51,613 bases of DNA, taken from assembly GCA_049999805.1 (NCBI GenBank), contig JBNGIO010005956.1, positions 1-51,613 on the forward strand, read 5' to 3'. Below are positions 13,787 through 27,039 of the stretch, in pieces. Below the pieces are notes generated by a model that saw nothing but the letters and a program-made list of their open reading frames with translations, was not told where the DNA came from and did no database searches. The DNA comes from Folioceros fuciformis (Eukaryota). The position numbers were made by a program, and so were the translations under genes. Within the stretch, counting starts at the first letter, position 1; every line of letters starts with the position of its first letter.

Positions 13787-14784
13787 ATAAACGCCTATAT
13801 GGCGTCAAGGGGATATTGTCCATCAATTATCTTTTGGTTTAGAAACGTACTACGGGGTTTATGAGGCAGAACTCCTCTCTGTGGTCAAAGCAATTTCATG
13901 CCTGCCCACCCTCTTTGCTTCCATCCCCAGGATTTCGTCAGCTACAATTTTCCTTGATAATCAAGCAGCTATCATGTCTTTAACGGACACTTCGGCTCGC
14001 CCAGCCCAAGCCATATCTCTCCAAGCTAGGACATCTCTCCATGCCTTCTCGGTAGCTCATCCGGAGGCTTCCCTTAATCTCCATTGCATTCCGGGCCATC
14101 ATAATATAGTTGGTAATGAGCATGCAGATGTAACCGCTAAGGCTGCCACTCTTCTTCCCATTTCCCGCGAAGACCGGATTCTATCAGTGTCCAGTGTTCG
14201 CCAGCAAATTCATGTTGTAATTCTACAGGAGTGGCGTTTACGGTGGTTTTCCTCAACTAAGGCTTCTGCGCTTAAGAGGGTGTTGCTTGGTGGCCCTTCA
14301 ACCTCGGTGCTACAACGCCTTGGTCTCCATCACCGTAAGCTCTCATCATTTCTCACCCAGCTTCGGACTGGGCATATGGCTATTGGGGCTTACTTTAGGA
14401 GATTCAACATTGTAGAGGATCCATTTTGTCAGAAATGCAGGTCTTCAAAAGAAACTCGTCACCACATCCTTGGCCAGTGTATGGCCACTCGCAACACTTG
14501 GATCCAGGTGTTTCAAGGCTCTTACTACGATATCCGCCAACTTCTTAGTGTTCCCAAACTCAGGGAAAAACTTCTCTTACTTCAAGGCGATTGGCAATTA
14601 CTTAACTTAGGCTTATTGACATAGCTATCTAGATTTGCTATTTTGTTTGCTCTAATCCTCTTTCTTTTGCGCTTTCCCAAAGTGTCCATTCAATCATGTT
14701 TTTGATTCACGTTTCGGCGTCATAGCCTCACGGCTGCATACGCCTAATGATAAATAAATAAATAAATAAATAAACGCCTATATG
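13787..14784 (+). mobile_element. 5'-truncated non-LTR retrotransposon (Tad1/I-like architecture): RNase H, CCHC finger, (TAAA)n tail, 15-bp TSD
   Basis: Open frame GVYEAELL...IFLDNQAAI...CIPGHHNIVGNEHADVTAK...LTQLRTGH...CQKCRSSKETRHHILGQC to the stop at 14624. TSD ataaacgcctatatg at 13787-13801 and 14770-14784. Confidence 0.9.
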
Positions 14785-15320
14785 CTTAGTCCGAGCACGG
14801 TACTTGGCATTCTTGGTTAAAGCTATTGCTGACATATTGTGGCAATACAGCAAGGTAGGTGAGTCCTGAGCTTGATCCATCTCCACTAATAAGGACCTTC
14901 CAGCTACAGCATCCTTGCCAGCAAGTGTGAAGGAAGCATACTCACTCTCTATTGAGCTAGGAGACATACTCTGTTAATTCTTGCATGTCCATGAAACTGC
15001 AACACCCTACAAGGTAAAACAATAGCTAGACAGGCTTTTCCTTGTCATTGGATCAGCTGCCCAATTAGCATCAGGCCAACCCTCAAGTAATAGTCTTCCT
15101 ATTCCTGATCGTTTATATTGAAGTCCTACATGAAGGGTCCTAGACAGATAATGATAGATGCATTTTACAGCAACCCAATGAGCTAAACTAGGATAAGAAA
15201 GGAATTGCGATACAATAGAAATAGCATGAGTGATATCAGGACGAGTTCAACCACTAAGGAAAAGTAAGCATCCTATTGCCTCCCTATAAGGTGTGTGAAG
15301 CATCCTCTCGCATTCCTCCT

Positions 15321-16470
15321 TGTGGAACTGAAAAGTTTGGTAATTGGTCTAGGAAAGTCTAACTTGGTTTCTTTTTTTTCAGAATAGTTCGAAGGGAGGC
15401 ATGTGGAAGGTAGGTTTGTGGGCAAGTGCCCATGGTAGGTAGTGAATGGCTGGTGAAGGTTTTATGGATTTTTTTAGTTCTATTTTGGTAGGTTAGGATA
15501 AGAAGATATCTACGTAGTAGGATGTCTACCTACATACGTAGAGAGTACCTATGTGGGGAAAATGGAAGATACCCACGTAGGTAGGGAAGGTACTTATATG
15601 GTAGGCAGCCACTTACGGCAATGGGGTAGGGAACCTACCTACGAAGGGAACAACAGGGACCCTACCTACGAAGGGGACATCCTCACCCTACGTAAGGAAG
15701 GAACCTCAAGTTGAGGAACAAGTGGATCCCTTTCCCTATTGAACCTGTAGATGGTGGTGAAGGGATGTCCCAAGAGATCCACATAGAGGAAGGTACAGTG
15801 GAAGCTCATGGATCCAAGAGAAGACGGATCCCAATTATGGAGGGGGGCCTAGTAGCTCAACCTTAGGACTCTGCCTCTCTTAAGGAGCAGTCCTAGCCAC
15901 ATCTTTTTGGAGAGAGGGTCAACGAATCTTCTATGGTAGCACCGACAGTCCTAATCTTCAGCAGCGCACACTGCCCTAACAACTATTGGTAGGTAGGAAG
16001 CCGTCTGCCATCCTATATAAGTAGAACGAAGGCCTTGAGCAGGGACTGTTTTTTGGATTGTAAGTGTTTTATGACAAGTAGTGAACCAACTTTTGTAAGC
16101 CTGCATGGACATCTTGGCGGAAGGGGGAGCTGCGAGTGCCCTTTCTGTTGCCGATCTCAAAGGTTCTTGTGGTGTCTGGTTGGGAGTGTTGAACGTAAAG
16201 AGATGAGCAGTTGGATCGTTGTGGAAGGTGCTGTGAGGAGACTTGTGAGAAAAGGGGTGTTGGGTGTAGGTAGTTAGAAATCGGTAGGAGGAGGTACTGG
16301 GGCCCTTCCAAGTGAAGGAATGGTGCCTTCCTACTGACTGGATGTGTTGAAGGTACGCGCTAGGGAAGGTTGAATGTTGTAGGTGAACGATAAACATAGT
16401 TGGAGGGAGCTGACCAGGCTGGGAGGGGAGTGATTCTGAGGAAGCCTACAACGACCGTGAGATTGATGTG
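15321..16470 (+). mobile_element. Deleted derivative of the gypsy-like family, starting TGTGGAAC
   Basis: Begins TG directly where the Copia RT homology stops; inverted homologue of 46660-48018; retains only the 3' tip of the coiled-coil ORF. Confidence 0.7.
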
Positions 16471-16644
16471 GCCACGATACATGTGGCCACGATACATGAT
16501 ACTGGGGATACCAATCATGTGCCCAGCATGTGCCCAACTTCTATTCCTGATACATCTCCATTCAAGCTTTTGTGGTCGTCACATGCGTGGGCCTCTCTTC
16601 TATACGCACCCACATACATGTCTCTTCTAGGAACTTCATGTATT

Positions 16645-16750
16645 TGCGGGTTTTCCACCACTAATGTGTTGTACTTTGTGGGTTTTCCACCACTNNNNNN
16701 NNNNCCACCACTAATGTGTTGTACTTTGTGGGTTTTCCACCACTAATGTG
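16645..16750. repeat. 32-bp tandem repeat spanning an N gap
   Basis: gggttttccaccactaatgtgttgtactttgt repeated. Confidence 0.8.
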
Positions 16751-18936
16751 TCATGTATGTTTAATGGTGTATTCAACAATTCTGCCTCACCGTGATTTTA
16801 CCATCACCATGGGTAGAAAAGCTCTTCCTCCACACCTGAAATTGAGTTTTTGAACGATGGCCTCTTGCTCTGCCCAAAAGCATTCCCACCACACGTCCTT
16901 GCACACACCTAAATGTTGCCGAAGTTTGAACTCCAATTTTGATCGAATCTGCGAAAGGTTATATTCAGGCACATTTTTAGTAATGAACTTTTGTTTCTTG
17001 CTCCTCACCTGCAGATTCATTCATGGATTGGCTTTCATATCCATATACAAAATATGAAAATTCTATATCATCATCTGGCGATCAATATTGATATGTGGAA
17101 TATTGTTTGCCTCTCATCATTATAATCAACAGCTCTCCCTAGTGATCTGGAATTGGTGTTGGAAATAAATATTGTGTAGCTGATGAATTGCATATACATT
17201 CAGATAACTTGCTTTCCCATATAGTATAGGCCACACAAATATCTAAAATCAGGTACCTCTTTCACCTCATGGACCTTTGGCATGGGGGTATAAGCATTCT
17301 ACATGACTATGATAAGCTTCGGTAAAGTCAATGCTTCTTTCCGCCTAAGTGCCGTCGAAAATCTAGTCCACCTGTTAGTGGGTATGGCCTACTAACAAGA
17401 ACCCCCCTTCAACCTTTATGAAAATCCTCTTCTCCACTAACATCTTCAAACTACAAGCCCAACTAGCGGATTGTGAGACGCAGGAGGACAATATTGAGGT
17501 GGCGCTCCTCAGGGCATAGGTTGAGGCCATCTCCAACTTGTGGTTGTGGGAGTCGACTACGGTAGCTTTGGTGGCCCTCGAGGAACTTTGAAGGTATGTC
17601 ACATCGGCAGCCGCACAACATGATCTACCTAAAGCCAAGTGGCACCTGAAGTACTGCACACTCCATCGGATGGTGGTGGACACCATCCAGTAGCTTGACG
17701 AGTCCTCTGCGTCCTGAGTGAGATTGCGGAGGCCGTGGCAGGTGCAAACACTCCAGTGCTTCCTTCGGACTTGCGAATTGTGCCCAGCAGTCCAGAAGCT
17801 CCAACCCGTGGACCTTCCTCCCTAGAAGCTCATAGTCAACTTCTTATTTGCTCTCCCCATGCAGGCTCCGCCAACTTGCCCATCCCAATTGATAGGGCAG
17901 AATCCCTTGACCCCACCTCACCCATAGGATCCACCCCCTCGGCAACCTCCCTTGGCCCCACCTCTCCTACTCTACCACCTTCTCATTAAGGCATGATGTT
18001 AGTTGTTAGCTGGCTTCTGGTAGAATCGGATTGTCAGGATTTTAGATTAGATACTAGTCTCCTTTTTATTTGTGGTAGTTGTCCGGACTTGGAGTCTGGT
18101 TTTTGTATAACCCTTTATACTGTAATTGAGAGGGGTCTCAGACCTCATTTCCTCATTGGTGTACACTATCTCGCTCCCTCACCTCCACGCTACGGTCAAG
18201 CTCTCCTTTGCTTGTCTGCCTGGCCCTCATCATCCACCCCTCTTGGCGCACTGGTGAGACCTCATCTCCCGCGCCGTCTACTAGAGCACCTTCCGTCCGA
18301 TCTCCAGGAGCGACAAAGATCCATATGCTTGGGGAATGTACCCGACCCACTGATTGATCCTCCAACTGCAACGAACACCCTTTGCAACAGATTGTTGATA
18401 ATACTTACTAGATTGGAGTTAGTAACCCTTGTCTTCGCAGTGCATTTCTTCTCTTCCCCATGTATCACCTTCTTGTCTGTCCTTGCCTCGGCTTCCTCCT
18501 CCTCCCGAACTTTGTAAAGCAGCAACCTCGTGCCCGGACCCCATCTCCCTCTCCACCCCTCTTCTTGCTCTCATCTTGACCCTCTATCGTTTTCACATTA
18601 CGCTAAACCTACGGCGGGCCATGCCATTTCCCCTCCCCCCTTCAACCTATTTCATCTACTTCTGACACTGTTTGCTGCCTTGCGGCGGATCCGTTGGTTT
18701 TTGTACTTACACCTTCTCTCTCCTCTTGCGGTTGCAAGGTGCCATTAGACAACTTTGGTACTCATCTTGCCCGTTCTCGATTGGATTGCTACGCATGCTG
18801 CTGTGCAAGATATGATGTTTTTGTTGGCCAAAGAGACTAACTTTCTACTTTCTACCCTTCAAGCAGCTTCCATACAAGCTACTTAATTGCGTTTCTTCTA
18901 CTTAATCGCGTTTCTTCAGGTTGACTTTTCCTCGTC

Positions 18937-19050
18937 CACGGCAAGTTTTTATTGTTAACATGGTCGCACGGCAAGTTTTTATTGTTAACATGGTCGCACG
19001 GCATGTTTCTTTTGTTAACATGGTCGCACGGCAAGTTTCTATTGTTAACA
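18937..19050. repeat. 30-bp tandem repeat x about 4
   Basis: cacggcaagtttttattgttaacatggtcg units. Confidence 0.9.
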
Positions 19051-19129
19051 GGGTCGTAATTGACTCACTGTCGAAGTCTTCATACCAGCGAGAGGTTGGA
19101 GCTCGTCTATGACTCGAGGTGTGTTTACT

Positions 19130-21060
19130 GGATGTGTGTTTGCAGAGACTCTGAAGGCAAGAGGGCGAGAAGCTGAGGATGCTTGTCGAGACCCTCATCG
19201 CAAATGGTCGAGACTGCCGGGTTCCAACCCCAAGTAACTTTGCAAGAAGGTTCTACCCCAGATCAAGAATGGCTGCCGCAATGGTAGGTACTTGATTCTC
19301 AGGCTTGCTGAGACTGTCACTCGGGCAGGTTCGGTTTTGAAATCTGCTGCGTCTGCTGCTGACACGAGAAGTTCGAGCTTGTCAGTTGGTGGAGGTGGTG
19401 TTGCAGAAACTGAAGGCGGGAGCACGGACACCTAATGATATCTCCATAGTTGAATCCAAGGAGAAAAGAAATTTGACGCTGACAGATCTCTACCCCAAGG
19501 AGGCGGGCAAGCCCCTGGAAGGTCGAACCCATCCTTGTTTGATGTTGATATTGTTCTTCTGCTTTTGTGCTGTGGTAAGTATTCATCACAGCGAGAGATT
19601 GGAGCCCATTTCTGACTGGAGGTGTGGTCGCAGAGACTGTGAAGGCGAGAGCACGAAACGCTGAGGATGCTTGCCGAGACCCTCTTCAGGCTCTACGCAG
19701 ACGGTCGAGGTTGACGGGTTCCAACCCCAAGTAAGTTTGCAAGAACCTGGAAGGTCTACCCCTTCCCGTTGTGATCGGTATGTGTGTACTCTTACGGTGC
19801 TTCTTCTTCCCACGGCAATGTTTTCACCTGCCAAGATCCTCATGAACTGATATCAATCAGGCTTCTATCCTCAGATGGAGGTGCGTTGGAAGGAGGGGAC
19901 GAAGAACATGAAGCAGAGGAGGAGGAGGAGCAAGAGATGGTGCTGAAGTTTGTCAATATGTTGCAGGTGCATGCTTCACTCTCCCCACTGTTTCATATCG
20001 GGCACTCTTTTGGTAGATCTGGATGCCTGATTTCGTATTCAGAGCATACCCTGATCGTTCTCAAAGATGGCAGCCGCAGATGGTGGTGAGCTTGGAAGGC
20101 TCCCAAACCGTCAATTGAAACTGTGTTGAGACACAACATGACGAGGATGTCTTTAATTGACACGATAAAACTCCAAGTCAGGTTCTGCTGTTGAACGCAT
20201 TGTTCTTTGTGACTTGCTGACATTGCAAACCCGACCTCCTTTTGGTGATCAGATTCGAAAGGAGGGAAATAAACTGTCCTTCCGGCGAAAGTCCCTCACT
20301 ATCAACTGCACAGCTGGTCAGCTATCTTGCATTTTCGTTCCCGTATCAGGCAGGTGTGTGCAGCTCAGTCGCTGATAGATTTCCTGTCGGTTTCAGGAGA
20401 CGTCTGCAAAGGAGAAATCGGAGACATTGTCCTTTTCCATCAAAACGTTTATTCAAATTGTGTGCATCCGGCCGTTTCTCACCTCGAAGCTGTTGTGCCT
20501 CTGTGATGGACGACTCCTGAATGTGTTTTTGTTACCGCTGTGCTGCAGAGACTACTTTGATTACCTGGCGAGGACATCAAGCATGGCGTCAATAGGAGTA
20601 TGAACAGTGGCAGGTATGGTGACTAACGAGGCATATGGACTAGACAAGCAACAACCTTCACAGTGCGTACGAACTTGTCCCAGCCGACCGTAGCGTTACC
20701 TTGCCAGTGGCCTATCGTCAACTCATTCAGTCTTGTGGGCTATTTTTTCGCAGATAGAGGTGCTGTGGACGTCAGGTCCACAACCACTGAGGGCCATGGA
20801 GCAATTACTTCGGCGGGTACCTGTTCTTCTGAAGACCTTGAAGATGAGCTTGAAGACCCCCACAACACCAATAATTAGAAGGACTGGAGAACGAGAGTAC
20901 AAGGGCAGGCTGCCCCAGCAACAGACGGCATTTCGTAACAATGGTCGATGGTGGCCCGCGCCAAATATCCTCGGTAACTCTTTCTTACCCTATGCACACA
21001 CAGCTGCGGGACATGTCGCCCAGGAGGCCAATGCCAGAGGCGTGGTCAGCGGAAGTAACA
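19130..21060 (+). pseudogene. Unit B: SAP/C3H62-like gene pseudogene (5' exons lost)
   Basis: Exon-by-exon homology to 39051-42160 (GDVCKG, EAYGLDKQQ, IEVLWTSGPQPL, HSCGTC). Stops (CCC AAG TAA), a frameshift in SAP2, a mutated donor and deletions. Confidence 0.85.
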
Positions 21061-21519
21061 AGGGCTGGGTGAACAACATATCACAAAACGGTACTTCTGC
21101 AACCAAACAAGCCATCCAACAGCTACAGCAGATGCACTGGCCAGCCTGTCGTCGATCCTCGAGCTCATGAGGAATAGCTGTAGTCTTGAGGGCCTTGTAG
21201 ATCTCCATGTACAGCGACTGCCGACTTTGTCGCTTCGGTGGTGTACAGTGCTACAACATTTTGCATGTGCTGCATGCAGCAGTGAAGAGATTCTCTTCTC
21301 AAGAGGTTGAGGTTGGAGGTCGCAGTGAAGGAGGCGGTTGCAAGCTCAGCCGGCGGATGTTGTTAAGTTGTCACTGCGCTCGTTATGAAGATAAAAGACA
21401 CATAGTTGCTGCGGTATGGCAAATATGCTCAGGCGATGACGGAGGTGCCGAGCTGGCTTCCAAACATGATAATTTGATGGAGCTGGTGTAAGTATGCAGA
21501 AAAGGGAACCTACTGTGGG

Positions 21520-22200
21520 CAGGAAGCAGGCTGGACTTCGTGTTTGATATGTAGATCCTGCTGACTGCTCGCCTAGCCTGTTTTGCGCGATTTCGAAATC
21601 TAAACCCAGGGCGCCGGTCTGCCTGGAGTGAATTTGTATGCTGTTGTTAAATGTTTGTGATGTGATCGTTTTGGTATTGACCAAAGCAGGTCTGCCAGGC
21701 AGTGACTAACCATGATTCTTTGTGGGGTGTCTTTGAAGATGGGCCCCAAGAGCAAAACCAGCAGGAGGCTTTGCGAGAGCAGGTGGAAGTCAGGACCAGA
21801 TTCCCAGATTTTTGTTCTTGTCTGCAGTCAAAAACACTTATGTGACCCAGAGGACCCAGAGGACCCAGAGGAGCCATTTGAGCTATGGACGTAGTCTCCG
21901 CTCGTGGTTCCAAACTATCCAGATGAGACAACTCCCAGGGAGATATATGGATCTCCTCAGTGCCTACGCCGCTGCGCCAAGATGTAGGACCACCCATTGA
22001 TGGAGAGCTATCTCACTGCAGATCTTAGTCGTCGTGTGAGTAGCAACGGGATTAGTAATCAACGATGAAAACTGCACATCTGCAGTAACCCGTATCAATC
22101 GGTTGGGCCAGGCTCCTGGTCCGCTCTCTTTGGTGGTGCAATTCATGATGAACACAGGTCAGGGGACCTTCTTTGTCTCAAGATTGAACAAGATCGTTTC
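21520..22200 (+). pseudogene. Unit B: decayed 5' part of the middle gene, possibly F-box
   Basis: Fragments YVDPAD / ARLAC / QVCQAVTNHDSLW loosely resemble an F-box end; close paralogue at 33110-33790; many stops. Confidence 0.3.
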
Positions 22201-22529
22201 TGTAACCGTGCAACATACATATGAATGGGTCCGGGCACGATGAGCTCTAAGCATTCAGATCCTAGGGATACGCACACACAAACACGAACTTCTTGCGGAC
22301 CTCAAAAACTCACACCTTAATTGCATGGATTTCGTCATGTCCACCTGGCCATAGTTTTGCACCCATGCTTAGCGTGGTCATGTCCTGCAGCACACAAGCT
22401 ACCTACTTCCGTGTCTTCTGGGTTAAGGGCACTTGCCGTGGTCTTTGCTGGCTGCTGGCGGTGACTGCAAATCGATTGGGATGGCAGCTAGACGGAGTCC
22501 GACACGTCCTGTCCATGGATGACATATAT

Positions 22530-22740
22530 CTATTTTGCGTAATCCGATTTCAGGAGTACTGAAGCTGAGACTCAAGGGAAGTCATTTCTAAGCCATGTAT
22601 CCATGTTTCGTAATCCGATTTCAGGAGTCCTGGAGCTGGGACTCAAGGGAAGTAATTTCTAAGCCATATATCTATGTTGCGTAATCCGATTCCAGGAGTT
22701 CTGAAGCTGGGACTCAAGGGAAGTCATTGCTAAGCCATCC
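22530..22740. repeat. About 70-bp tandem repeat x3
   Basis: gtaatccgatt.caggagt..tg.agctg.gactcaagggaagt at 22540, 22611 and 22681. Confidence 0.9.
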
Positions 22741-23144
22741 TGGCGCAAAAGTTTGGGACGACTGACCAGGCTAGGAACTAGTCGTACGAATTTGTAGGTG
22801 AGGCGTGTAGCATTGTCGTGTTGGGTTGCTAGGAATAATTCACGCAATACCCTATGTTTTGAAGCTTATAATTCGCACAATACCCTATGTTTTGAAGCTT
22901 TTGCGCTGACCTGGTAGCGATTCTTGTGTCCAACACCCTCGGCATCTCCATAAGCGAGGACTCATCGAGAAAGAAAGTCTCGACTGGCTACACGCCAAGC
23001 TTTCATAAAGTGTTTCCATCTGATCCCATGGTTTCCAAGAGGAGTGGTAGAAAGCGGGTCATCACTCTACCAGAGATAGCAGCTTTGCCACTAGTCGTCA
23101 AATTGGTGAGGTAAGTGTTTACAGTGATGAAGTCCGATTGTTGA

Positions 23145-24675
23145 GGATTTATAGGCTTGTGTTTGCCGCATCCCAATGACAGGAATGCGATTCATGGCAA
23201 GCCGGCGGATATGTGTAAATTGGTGGCAGCCAGGATGAGGTGGATAAGGGCCAGTGTAAGCAACAGATCAGCCCAAGGGATTTAAGCGAGGACCTTGTAG
23301 TCGAGCATCGGGAAGGTGCATTTCTCGATCATTCAACAGATTGTAAGGCGCTGTAAGTCAGAGCGAAATCTACCCTTCCTTTGATTGCGATCGTCTGCAT
23401 CGTTTGCTTTCGTTTGCCCAGGGAGGATTTGCATGCTTGTGTTTGCCACATCCCAATAGCAGGAATGCGATTCATGACAAGCTGGTGGACATGTGTAAAT
23501 TGGTGGCAGTGAGGATGGGGCGGATAAGGGCCAGCGTAAGCAACAGGTCAACCCAAGGGATTTGAGCGAGGACTTTGTAGTCGAGCATCTGCAAGGTGCA
23601 TTTCTCGATCGTTCAACAGATCGTAAGCGTTATAAGTCAGTGCGAACCTACCCTTCCTTTGATTGCGATCGTCTGCATCGTTTTCTTTGGTTTGCAGATG
23701 GCAGGCCAATTGGACAACTGTCCACATTCCAGCTCAGCGTCTTCCTCCGTAACAAGGGATTACGTTCAAGTGGCAACAAATCAACGCTAATAACCAGAAT
23801 AAGCGAGTATCTCGAGCTTCGGGTTGGCCAGCAGAGAAAAAATGGTATGCAGCTGGTGCTCATGATTGATCTGGCCTGTAGATATCGTCACCTTAATTTG
23901 GTTGCGTCTTTCTTTGATCAGTTGCAATCTGGTGCCAAGTCGAGCTGGGTTGGAACTTGTTCTATCATGATCATGATTGGAGTTGTACTTGCAGGGACTG
24001 TGAATGTGGAAAACACACGCGAGCCGAGTCCGCCTAAGGTTAATTGCCAACGACGGCGTACGAAGCGACAGTTCAGGCGCCTGACAGATATCTACGCCGG
24101 TACCTTAAACATGCGCAAGCCCGGGCAAGGTATACTCCATCCCTTGTGATTGTGGTCATGTTGTTGCGAACGTTGGTCATATTGATGCTGGATGCGAACG
24201 TTCTTGTTTCTGCTGTAACAGTGTGTGTTCAGCGCAGCCACAACGAGAGGTTGACTGGAGCTTATCAAGTGTTCAGAGGTGCTTGCAGGACCTGAGGAGA
24301 CGCGTGCAGTTCCGGGAGCACGGAATGCTCAGGATACAAGTCACGGAGATCAGCCAGGCCATCGAAGTAAACGTTGGAAGCTGAAGGTTGATTTGAACAC
24401 CAAGGAGCTTGGCAACATTCTGGAAGGTCTACCCCTCCGTCTTGCTGTTGTCATCCACGCTGTGTTACGACAACGGCAGCTTCCTCTTGCTGTGGTACAC
24501 GTGCTCACCTCCCATCGTCGTCCAGTTCAAGAGCTGATGGCTTTTCCTGCTCCCAGATGGAGGTGCACGTACGTGATCGATGGACCACGAAGCAGCTTCG
24601 AGGAGGCAGTGGGTAGGGAATTGTTGGGAAAATACGGAGGGGAGAAACTGGACTGATGCTGCTGAAGTTCACGAG
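23145..24675 (+). pseudogene. Divergent copy of SAP-gene exons 2-6, with a 280-bp tandem duplication at its start
   Basis: SAP motif LSTFQLSVFLRNKGLRSSGNKSTLITRISEYL with the conserved AATG|gt donor, then RRLTDIY and TKELGNILE|gt exons and a cag|ATGGAGGTG exon. 23145-23417 repeats at 23425-23696. Confidence 0.7.
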
Positions 24676-24889
24676 TATGTGCATGCTTCATCCTCACTCT
24701 GTTTCATTGACTGTTTCTTGGTGGAACAGAATGCTCATCACACTGGTTTCAAAGCTACCAGCCGGCTAGAACTGAGGTTGTTGAATTGCCAAAGCTGCAG
24801 AATATGATGGAAAGTCACCACCATAAGAAGTCATGTATAATGGAAATCCGCCCTTCGTGGTACTCTCACGTCATATTCTGTTAAGTTTT

Positions 24890-25182
24890 ATGGCTTCGCG
24901 TAAAAAGCTGAGGCGCTTCGATTGTTGATTCGGCGTATCACGCCTGCCGCAAAGTTGATGTCGATTATCGTAGCAGCGATGGCCGGGAGCGGCTATGCGG
25001 AAGACGGTTCCCTGTACCCGTCCAGGGAAGAGCTACTTGCCGGCTTCTGGCTGAACATGGGGAAAGGAAGAAATGTTGCGGTTTGGTCACTTACAAATGC
25101 CGGTCATGGGTCGAAAGATGGTAGATGCACAGAAGAAGTAAAAGAATTCTATCACAGCTCACTAAGGACGGATTTCCATTAA
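24890..25182 (+). pseudogene. Unit B: LRR-like gene remnant
   Basis: KKLRRFD...IIVAAMAGSGYAEDGSLYPSREELLAGFWLNM matches 35380-35570 and 11120-11240. Confidence 0.45.
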
Positions 25183-25305
25183 AGGACTCGGGATAGATTG
25201 GACCTGGTGCATCCTGCTGGCTGTTCGACTGCTTTCCATTTCATGGTCCCGGCGCCATGGATGCTGCTGTCAGGAGTTTCGTGTTCTGTTCTGCAAGCTG
25301 CCGCG

Positions 25306-26296
25306 TTACCGCGAAAAGACTGAGTCGTCTGAGAGGTCCTTTGAGTCCTCTGCTCCAAGTTCCTACACAGCGAATCAAGACATATGCGCAGATATATGAG
25401 AAACGGAACAAGCAGAAAACAGTATGCAGATATCGACCCACCGTCAGCAGCGTTGTCGTGGCGTGCCACAGGGGCGCGACAAGTACTCTCTCTGCTCGAA
25501 TCCAACTAAAACAGAATGACCACTTGCACGTATGTGACGTGGCCCTGAAAGTCACCTGAATGAGCGAGATACAGTGGACATATATCTATATACATGCATG
25601 TGGCATGCCTAGTAGTAGTCGGACGAGCATGAGCCCCGCCCAACTTGCAAGTGTACCAAGTCTACATGAATTCACCAAGCTCTCCAAAGAAACTGCTCTG
25701 ATTGCCAACCTCCATCCTCCTGCCATCGGCCTTCTCGAGAATCTCCCTGAGAGCCCACAGCGTGGACACAATCCAGACCGGTCTGAGCGAGTTCGGAACT
25801 CAACCAAATGCGCTTCCGCCACGAGTTTCCTGGACAGCATTATTCCAACTAATCAAGAGCTATACAGCAAGATACGCACGTGGGTGTGGACGCCATACCT
25901 ACCGAGCACATCCCCGAATCACAATTGCACACAAACAGGAACATGCCAGTCCGGTTAACCTGCACCCTGCCGAAAATTATGGGATAGTCGCTGCCTTTGG
26001 AATGGCGCACACCATCTCCTTAAACAAGCCTTCCTGGGAAGCCAGAATGGGCACGTTTACCATGAATGCCACATCAAGACTACCACCACGGTCTTCCCAC
26101 TCCCGGGTTATCATATGTTCCAAGCTTTCAGTAACACTGTCCGAGGCGTCTGCGGCTGGCTTGGGCTTCACAGCCACAGCCCTGCCCCGATTTCCACCAC
26201 TACCGCCACCCAATTGCAAAGGCACAGGCTTCTCACTGCCATGTTGGGGACCCATCTGGTGGTGGGGTCCGCACGTCTGTTACTCTATCTATGTCC
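25306..26296 (-). pseudogene. Unit B: ULT-like SAND gene pseudogene
   Basis: AVAVKPKP...MITREW...FKEMVCA then a frameshift (premature stop at 25977); the LSPSAFEAHAG segment is deleted; SWRKRIW and LSDDS are retained. Confidence 0.8.
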
Positions 26297-27039
26297 CTGC
26301 ACATCACACATAGGTACAAGCTTGCATCCTCTGGAACCTTGTAACACACCTTGGCTTCCTGGTTGAATTTGGTGCCAAATTCCAGACTGAACGAGACAGG
26401 CAGGTACGAAAGTCTATGTGGAGTGACTCAGAGCATGAAATTGGCTTGATTTCGGGTTGATGCATCCCTGCTGGCTGCTCAACTGCTATTCCCTTTTCAT
26501 GGTGCAGCCTGCGAGCCACTGGATGTTCAATAATGACCTTCAACCCTAAATATTTGGATTTATATTTATTATGAGACTTTTATTTTATTTTTTATTTACT
26601 AACATATCGTAAATATTGTAACTATGACTGCGAAATAAAAGAAACTATTTTAAACGAAAATCTATATATATTATTTATAAATATGGTAGTTTAACTTTTT
26701 ATATTATTGGATCATTCATTTTTATTTCATATTTTTTCTTATGTTGCATATGCATTGCAACTTGGTTTCCAAAATGCAGAAGCTTATTTTTCTTAAAACA
26801 TATACCATCATGTGTTAATATTTATAAATAAATAAAATATTTACTGATATAGCATATTTCTTATAAATTATGAAAAATATGGCATTGCTCTAAAATTTTG
26901 ATAGAGATCATTTCCCTATTCATTTTGATTTATGAGATTATATATTAGTGAAAAAATTGAATGTGATATGTTTGTTGCATATAGCATTGTAAGAGTATGA
27001 AAGGGACTAAAGTCATTTGTGAGGTTATGTATAGTAAAA

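Larger units (their letters stand above)
13295..15320 (-). mobile_element. Ty1/Copia remnant: RT C-terminus, RNase H and probable LTR
   Basis: HWVAVKCIYHYL, GWPDANWAADPMTRKS, SSIESEY, LYCHNMSAIALTKNAKYRARTKHIGVY|HHFIRQLV...YIPTEEENLTNVFTKGL; contains stops; split by a LINE. The left boundary is approximate. Confidence 0.85.

Noticed and set aside
17340-18760. Fragmentary - strand ORFs
   Set aside because: Many stops and no recognisable domain; probably decayed transposon sequence but unassignable by eye.
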